A stretch of DNA of 64,000 nt. Source: the human T2T-CHM13v2.0 reference genome, Homo sapiens. The stretch lies in the NCBI RefSeq assembly GCF_009914755.1, contig NC_060931.1; one strand, given 5' to 3'. The translations under genes and the position numbers were made by a program. Position 1 is the first letter of the stretch; every line of letters begins with the position of its first letter. The notes under the pieces were generated by a model. It made no database searches and had not been told where the DNA came from. It saw only the letters and a program-made list of their open reading frames with translations. Below are positions 56,431 to 64,000 of this stretch, piece after piece.

Positions 56431-58250
56431 TATAATGTATAATATATAATTTTATAAATATATAAATATATATTTATAAAAGTTTCATTTAAAAAGTTTT
56501 ACAAAATGGAAAAATCTGTCACTTAAATACAAAATCACTGTACTTCTGACCCTACTAAATGTAAAAATTGTCAGGATTTGGGAGGTTTTTTTTTTGATGT
56601 CCAAATACTTGATACACGTTCCAGAGATCCCCAATATTTTTGTGAATTCTTCTTAGGAGGCTAGTGATCATGTATGTGGGATTAGGAAAGTAATTGTTTG
56701 AGCTAAATGGGGGAAGAGATCATTCCTGCTGGTAGCAGGGAGGGTGTGCCACGACGAGAGGTCTGTGGATTTACTGAAAACACGAGATTTACATCCAGAG
56801 CTTAGTTCACAGGCTGTGGCTCCTGTTTTTATTCATTTAGAGGCTGATAGACCAGCTGTGCCTGTAGTTACGTGTTCTTTGGCCGGACACCTAAGGAAAT
56901 TTGAGGCTCAGACAAGCTGAAGTAGATATTTCTGTTTCCATGTTGAATAACAGAGCCACTCATGGGCTGTCACAGATACACTGTTTGGGGTTTTACCATT
57001 CCTTCCCATTTCCATTCCTGAAGGAAAAAGAGAAGAGATTTTTCTTTTTTTTTCAGATTATTACTGTGTTGGTGACCTAGGGAAACCCTTTTTTTTTCTC
57101 TTCTCTTTTCACAAAGTTCTGAGGAGCATGAAAAAATTGAGGTATTCACAGTGTCTGGGGAGGAAATGAGTTCTGTCCTGTATTTTCCGAAGAGTGGGAA
57201 TCTAAATCGGAACAGACACCAGGTTGAAGAAATAATTTGTCACATCATGGATGCAGGAACAAGCTCTACATGGGAATACTTTGTTGTAGTTAGGGTCTGT
57301 CTTGAGGGAAAACAAGACATAAAGGGTATGTGAAATGTTTTCTGGTGATCATATCCCACCGTGTCATTAGTTCTTTTAAAGTACTTTTTCTATATTATCC
57401 CAATTTAGCTTTTTTTGCACCCTGCAGCAATTCTATTTCTATTTTGTTTCCTGTTATCATTGTTCCCTTTTCTGAGTAGAGGATAGATAGGTAAGTGATG
57501 TAATGTAATGGCATGGAAAGATCCAAGAACCATTAAGTAGATTATATCCCTTTTTACTATCCTTTTCTTAAAGTGCTTGACTTAATTCTGAATAGCCACT
57601 TACAAACTTTGATGAGTATCTTTCATCTTGGGGGTTATTTTGAAAATTGATGGCATTTGGAATAAAAGTTGCTATAACCTTAGTGTACGTTTGGGTTTAT
57701 AAAATATACTGAACATAGGAACTCACATGACTCCCAATTTTTGAAGTAACCATAATTTCTAAAAAAAATTCAAATGAGCTGAGTTACATTTATACCACTC
57801 CTGGGAATTATTAGAATAGCATATGTTCTCTGTTTATGCTCTTTGTAAAATTGGAAAAGTAATGTGTAGCTCTTTTTAGTAGTGCCCTGTGTGTAGTTTC
57901 TGTAACAGTTCTGTAACTGTAACTTACCATTCCAGTCTATTTCTGAATGGTTAGTGGGGCTGCCCGTCAAAGCCAGACCTATTACAAGGGATGATATTTC
58001 CCCTGTCATGAATAGAAACTATTGATGACTCGATTAACATACAAGGATGATACAGTTCATGGTTAAAGGGAGCATGCTTCCTTTTGCTGGTGAAGGAACA
58101 TTAACTGTAGATTTCATCTAGAAGATCACTAGAAAAAGCAGCCTCCCATGTTTGAGCGTGTCCTGCATGTCAGTTTCCATGCAGATGCTTTCTGTACGTC
58201 TTCACGTCCTCCTCATCTCATGAGGTTGGAGGTGAAAGTTACGTAACTGA

Positions 58251-58608
<358 letters not shown>

Positions 58609-59646
58609 TGACCATTTTTCATTTAACCAGCATTCAGATTATTAAGTCAAACGGAAAAAAAAAACAGGGATATAAACCTATTAGAAACCAATGTGACTGT
58701 TTCATGCCTTACATTTATGTCTGGAAAGTTGAATATAAGGAAAAAGTTGTTTTTTGAAATAGTTTTTCATTGGTTCCAATGATTATTCGAGAGTTTTCCG
58801 TGAAAGAAGTATAGGTAACATAATAAAAGTTAAAGTTAACAGTCTTAACACTTCAATTGTAAGAATATTTTGTGGTGTCAGTGTATTAATAGCTCCTGAA
58901 AGAAAATTGTCAAATGTAATCAGTCTACATTTTTTTCATGTGTATCAAAGCTACCCATTTATTAAATCACAGAAGTTAATTGTGTTTCATTGGGAATTAA
59001 TATTGACTTTATAGGTCTTGGGTAGATTATTTAAATAGCCCTGCTAGCTAATATGTTAACCCCTGCCCTTATTACAAATACATCCTGACGGATAAGGGCA
59101 AAATATTATTGACTAGATTATGCTTGAATATCTCAAAATGAAAACAGAATGAAGCAGCTAACCAAGGAAACGATTGGACTTAAAGTGTACGTACTTGATC
59201 ACGTTAAAGAGGCCTCACTGCTGTGTAACAATAGATGCTTAAAATAATCCACCAGCCAACACTCACTACATGTGAAAGTGGTTTACTTTCTTGTGTCTGT
59301 GGGGAAGCTCTAATTATATGATTATAATTAAGCTACAGTTTATTTTCTCATTTTCTCTGATTAAATTGTGGTGGGAAATATCTGGCCAAATCTAGTCTTT
59401 TCTTAGTCATGTTATTTGTTAATTCCATTGACACATCTTATTAAAATTTGCAGCAAGGTGTTTTCCTGTTAAAGTAATTGAAGATTTCAGAGTATCTTAT
59501 ATCTAAAAATTGTGAATATTCTCTGAAACTAGACCTAAAGTTCTTAAAATATAAATGCGTCATTCACGTAGATTATGGAGTTACTTTTAAAATGTAGCTA
59601 TCCACTGAAGAAAATTGTGAAAATGTCCCATTAACGATTTGCAAAT

Positions 59647-59807
59647 TTATTTATTTAGAGATGGGGTCTTGCTTTGTTGCCTGGGGTGGAGTGCAATGGT
59701 GCGATCGTAGCTCGCCATGGCCTCCAACTCCTGTGCTCAAGCAGTCTTCCTGCTGCCTCAGCCTCCCATGTTGCTTGCAATTACAGGCCTGAGCCACTGG
59801 GCCTGGC
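59647..59807 (-). mobile_element. Free Alu monomer (FAM/FRAM-like)
   Basis: Single ~160-bp arm; flanks ATTTGCAAATTT (59637-59648) / ATTTGTAAATTT (59812-59823). Confidence 0.8.
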
Positions 59808-61099
59808 TGCCATTTGTAAATTTAAATCTTAACACTTATGTGGTGTTTCCAGTTAGATTTCTTCTCCGTTCTTTGCATCACCTTCTTAGATCTTCCCCAT
59901 TCTTCTCAATCCCCTGTTCCCTCCATCTTCACGGTACCTTTCATGGAGGAAATAGAAGCCATCACTGGGAATACCCTCAGCTTTCCACCGACAAATCTAT
60001 TCCTGCAGACACCCGTCATTGCAATTTATATTTTAACAAAGGCTTCTGATCCTAATTTCAGGAAATAGCCTCTAAACTCATCTATTAGTCCCAAATTCTT
60101 TACCCATTAAATCTGCTATTTTATGCCTCCTATATTCTTACCTTCAGATGTTGAGAGGTTGGGGCATAAAACTTTGCAGCATGTCTGCAGTCTTCCCTCT
60201 AGAGTGAACTTGATCCTGCTGTTTGTTCTTTTTATTCTCTTCAAAGTTAAATCATGTTCCAGCATTCATGGTATTTCTCCAGCTTGTCCTCCACGCTCAC
60301 CCCATTGTCATGAGGACTGCACTGAACAAATAGACACCTTATAGTGCTTATAGGCCATAGTTGCTGACAGATAACACGGTTTAAAAAGGAAGTTTCACAG
60401 CCTTGTAGCTTATGAATTCCCATGTCAGCCTCATTAGCTTTTACAAGCTATTTTCTTAGCTTGTAAGAATGTTGCTAGGGATTCACAGTTAATATAAATA
60501 TCTGTAGTTTTGGAAAATTGAGACAGTGCTTGCCCTTCTCTAGTCATCCTGTACCTTTTAGATTTGACCTCTTTTTTGGGGGGTGGGGGTTGGTGGTGAA
60601 ATATAACAAAGTGCATAAAGCAGATGTACAGTTCAACCAACTGTAAAATAAACATCTGGGCAGTTGCCGTGCACATCAAGAAGTAGGACGCTGCCAGCTC
60701 TCGGAAGCCCTCGTGTTTGTTACCGCTCTTTAAAGATTGAGGCAGGTGTTCCATGAACTTATCCCCAAGTCTCTGTGTTATAATTCATACGAGTTGGGAG
60801 GCTGCAGTATATTTGGATGATCTAAGACCTCCTCCTTTATTTTTGCTTACCGTTGGATTTTAGTTTTCTCTGTCCAGTGTTTATTTTCTGTGTGTATTCT
60901 GAAGATAACTTTATCTGACCAAGAAAGTAGGTATAGAACTAAGTGTGTTGTCTGTAATTGTTTGTTACAATATAATATAACTAAGGAAACTTTTTCAATT
61001 TTTGCAAACCCGATTTTATTCTGCTATTGTTTCCTGATAGGAATTTTGGGAATTTTAGAGATCCCTGCGTTCTTTTGTACAAAAAATACATCTTTCTGA

Positions 61100-61396
61100 G
61101 GCCAGGCACGGTGGCTCATGCCTGTAATCCCAGCACTTTGGGAGGCCGAGGCCGGTGGATCACGAGGTCAGGAGTTCAAGACCAGCCTGACCAACATGGT
61201 GAAACCCCATCTCTACTAAAAATATAAAATTAGCTGGGCGTGGTGGTGCGTGCTTCTAATCCCAGCTACTCAGGAGGCTGAGGCAGAAGAACCGCTTGAA
61301 CCGGGAGGCAGAGGTTGCAGTGAGCCGAGATAGTGCCACTGCACTCCAGCCTGGGTGACAGAGCGAGACTCTCTCGAAAAAAAAAAAAAAAAAAAA
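61100..61396 (+). mobile_element. AluS (Sg-like) element with TSD
   Basis: Full dimer; AAAAAATACATCTTTCTG (61081-61098) / AAAAGATACTTCTTTCTG (61393-61410). Confidence 0.95.
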
Positions 61397-61647
61397 GATA
61401 CTTCTTTCTGTTAAACATTTCCTTTAAAAATCTAAACTCATCAGAAAAATACCTGCTTGACCACATTAATTTCTTGAAGTATCTCTTTCTTTTCCTTTTG
61501 GAATCATGTGTTTGTAAAGTCACATGATTTAATCTTCTAGAGACTCTGGATGCTTCTGTTGTTGATGTATATGTGCACACTCACAGTCTTAAGGAATTTG
61601 GCATTTTATGTTTCACTGTCTTTTTACTCTTGCTCCCCTTCTTTTAG

Positions 61648-61953
61648 TTTTTTTTTTTTTTTTTTTTTTTTTTTGAGGCAGGGTCTCACTCTGTTGCCCA
61701 GGCTGGAGTGCAATGGTGCGATCACGGCTCACTGCAGCCTCAGTCTCCCTGGGCTCAGGTGATCTTCCCACCTCAATCTCCCTGGCATCTGGGTTTCAGG
61801 TGCATGCCACGATACCTGGCTTAATTTTTTTTTTTGTAGAGATGGGGTCTTGTTGTGTTGCCCAGGCTAGCCTTGAACACCTGTGCTCAAGCAATCCTCC
61901 TCCCTTGGCCTCCCGAAGTGCTGGGATGACAGGCATGAGCCGCACGCCCAGCC
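61648..61953 (-). mobile_element. AluJ element
   Basis: Poly-T then GAGGCAGGGTCTCACTCTG...GCTCACTGCAGCCTC...TTTTTGTAGAGATGGGGTCTTG. Confidence 0.93.
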
Positions 61954-62272
61954 CACTCCCCTTCCTCACCAGTCTTGAGCCTCCTGTTCTCCTTTTTCCC
62001 CTGTCTAGGCCCTCACATCCCTCCACTTTTCTCTTTTTCCCCATGACTTGGTCATGACACAGAAACAAAGTCCCCAGTGACAGTATCTTCTCAAAAACCA
62101 AACAGTAAACTCTGAACTTTCTTTGCTATTGGATTCATGATTTGTGATTAAGCGTATTTTCCCCTTTGCAGGCTCTTAGTTATGTGTGGTAGATGTACTT
62201 CTAAATTACATTTGCTTTAAAAATATAAAAAGTATAGAGTAACATAAATGATGTAGCATAATAAAACTTTAA

Positions 62273-62628
<356 letters not shown>

Positions 62629-62736
62629 CTCATTCATTTCTTGTACTAGAAGTGGTGATCTTTGACAATTTGTTTTAATATGAAGTTGTTTTAATGAGGG
62701 GCAAATATTTGGAGCAATTAGCTAATCATTACAACG

Positions 62737-62840
62737 TTTTTTTTTTTTTCTTGTTTTGTTTTTCTCTTTTCTTTTTTTCCCCCAGCTACTGCTCCTCGCA
62801 GAGCAGGGCTAACCCATAGGTAGTGTGCCCAGAGTCAGCC
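62737..62840 (-). mobile_element. Short retroposed structured RNA (~62-nt body + A-rich tail + 14-bp TSD), probably ERV-LTR derived
   Basis: Minus strand GGCTGACTCTGGGCACACTACCTATGGGTTAGCCCTGCTCTGCGAGGAGCAGTAGCTGGGGG then A-rich tail; ATCATTACAAYGTT at 62725-62738 and 62841-62854. Confidence 0.8.
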
Positions 62841-64000
62841 ATCATTACAATGTTCACGCTTACAGCATAAGTTAAGGTAGGACTCAAAAAATTTTTCTGT
62901 AAAGACAATCTCAGAATTAAGTGCTTTCAGGAATTACTATGCAGCTAGAATTTTCTGTAGGATTGAAGGTTCTAGCAGCTTTGAGCATTGATATTGATTT
63001 TGAGAATGAATCCAATTGGCAGTCATCCCCTGGAAGACTTAATTTGAGGTCTTTATACGTACTTGCGCTACAGTAAATAAGAATGTGTCCTAGATGGAGG
63101 CAAAATGGGGTGGGTTTCAAGCATTTAATAAATGTGTTAAACATTTTAACTATTATTTCCTCTTTTCAATTTCAAATAGTGTTAAATGATTGTTATGGGT
63201 AGGAATAGGGTAAACCCATTTCTAGGGCATGGTTTAGAACATTGGTGCAGTTTTTTTCCCAAGAATATCTTAATCACAGCCCTGGTTTTTAGTCTGTTTT
63301 TCTAAGAACTCCGGGAGTTATGCTGGTTTCCTCAGGGATTGTTTTTGGCATTTTCCTCATCATAGAACCTTATGGCATCACCTTGGAGACACAGCGTTAG
63401 TTTAAGGAATGGACATGTGATCACGCAGGTCAATTGGAGTCCCATTTGGTGCTTTTCTGTAGGAGTAGCAGGGAGAGACTGCCTCTTCTGGTTGGATTGC
63501 TAGTGGTGTGTGGGCTGCCAAGTGGCCCCCTTCCTGGCACCAAGCAGAATGCAGCACACACAGGGAGCAGAGCCCGGAGGCTTGAGCCTGATGGCACTTG
63601 AGGAATCTGGGTCCTGGAATGGTAGATGTCCTCCATGCTACCCACTTGCATAGTGAATACATTGCCTTTTTGTCTAAGGTTAAGTTTTCGTTGTTGTTGT
63701 TACATGCAGAATTGAGAAATATGGCCAATATCTTAGGGAAGGTGGCAAGTTAGGAACTGTACTAGCAGGCTATTAAAAGAATCACAGAGGCTAGTAGCCT
63801 TTAGTTTTTAATTTTTTGATTGTCTATTTTTGCTTGTTTGTGATGAGTATTTCTACACCTGGCCAGGGATGCATTCAGATAAACATTTTGGATACCTCCT
63901 CTAAAGTGTCTGTCCACACCACAGGATCACCGCCTGGTCCCTTAGTGCTGACATTCCACTCCAGGAGATGCTGGGCTCCCGGGTGGCGCGCTGTGAGGAT

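Noticed and set aside
63928-63953. REST/NRSE-like sequence on the minus strand (TCAGCACTAAGGGACCAGG); also half-sites near 40630
   Set aside because: Spacer and right half deviate from TCAGCACCnnGGACAG; too weak without ChIP data.

Overview
Primate (human or close ape) genomic DNA containing the 5' end of SDK1 (sidekick cell adhesion molecule 1). About 5 kb of Alu-rich upstream sequence is followed by a CpG-island promoter (~4.7-6.7 kb) and coding exon 1 (ATG 5867, donor after 6164, 99 codons + 1 nt). The remaining ~58 kb is the start of a very large intron 1; I could not recognise exon 2 in the window. The intron is mostly old interspersed repeats (MIR, L2, CR1/L3, L1M, MaLR LTRs, MER5/Tigger DNA transposons) plus many Alus. 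It contains two deeply nested insertion stacks: one at 33.6-36 kb, and a near full-length ancient L1MC-type element at 40.1-48.0 kb that carries an RPL21 processed pseudogene. The most unusual object is a ~62-nt non-Alu, non-L1 insert at 62.78-62.84 kb (minus strand). It has its own A-tail, a 14-bp target-site duplication and a predicted two-hairpin fold ending in a GNRA tetraloop, i.e. it looks like a retrocopy of a small structured RNA. Repeat names and subfamilies are recognised from memory of consensus sequences, boundaries of old repeats are approximate, and no searches were run. All ORF-track entries other than SDK1 exon 1 and the RPL21 fragments appear spurious.
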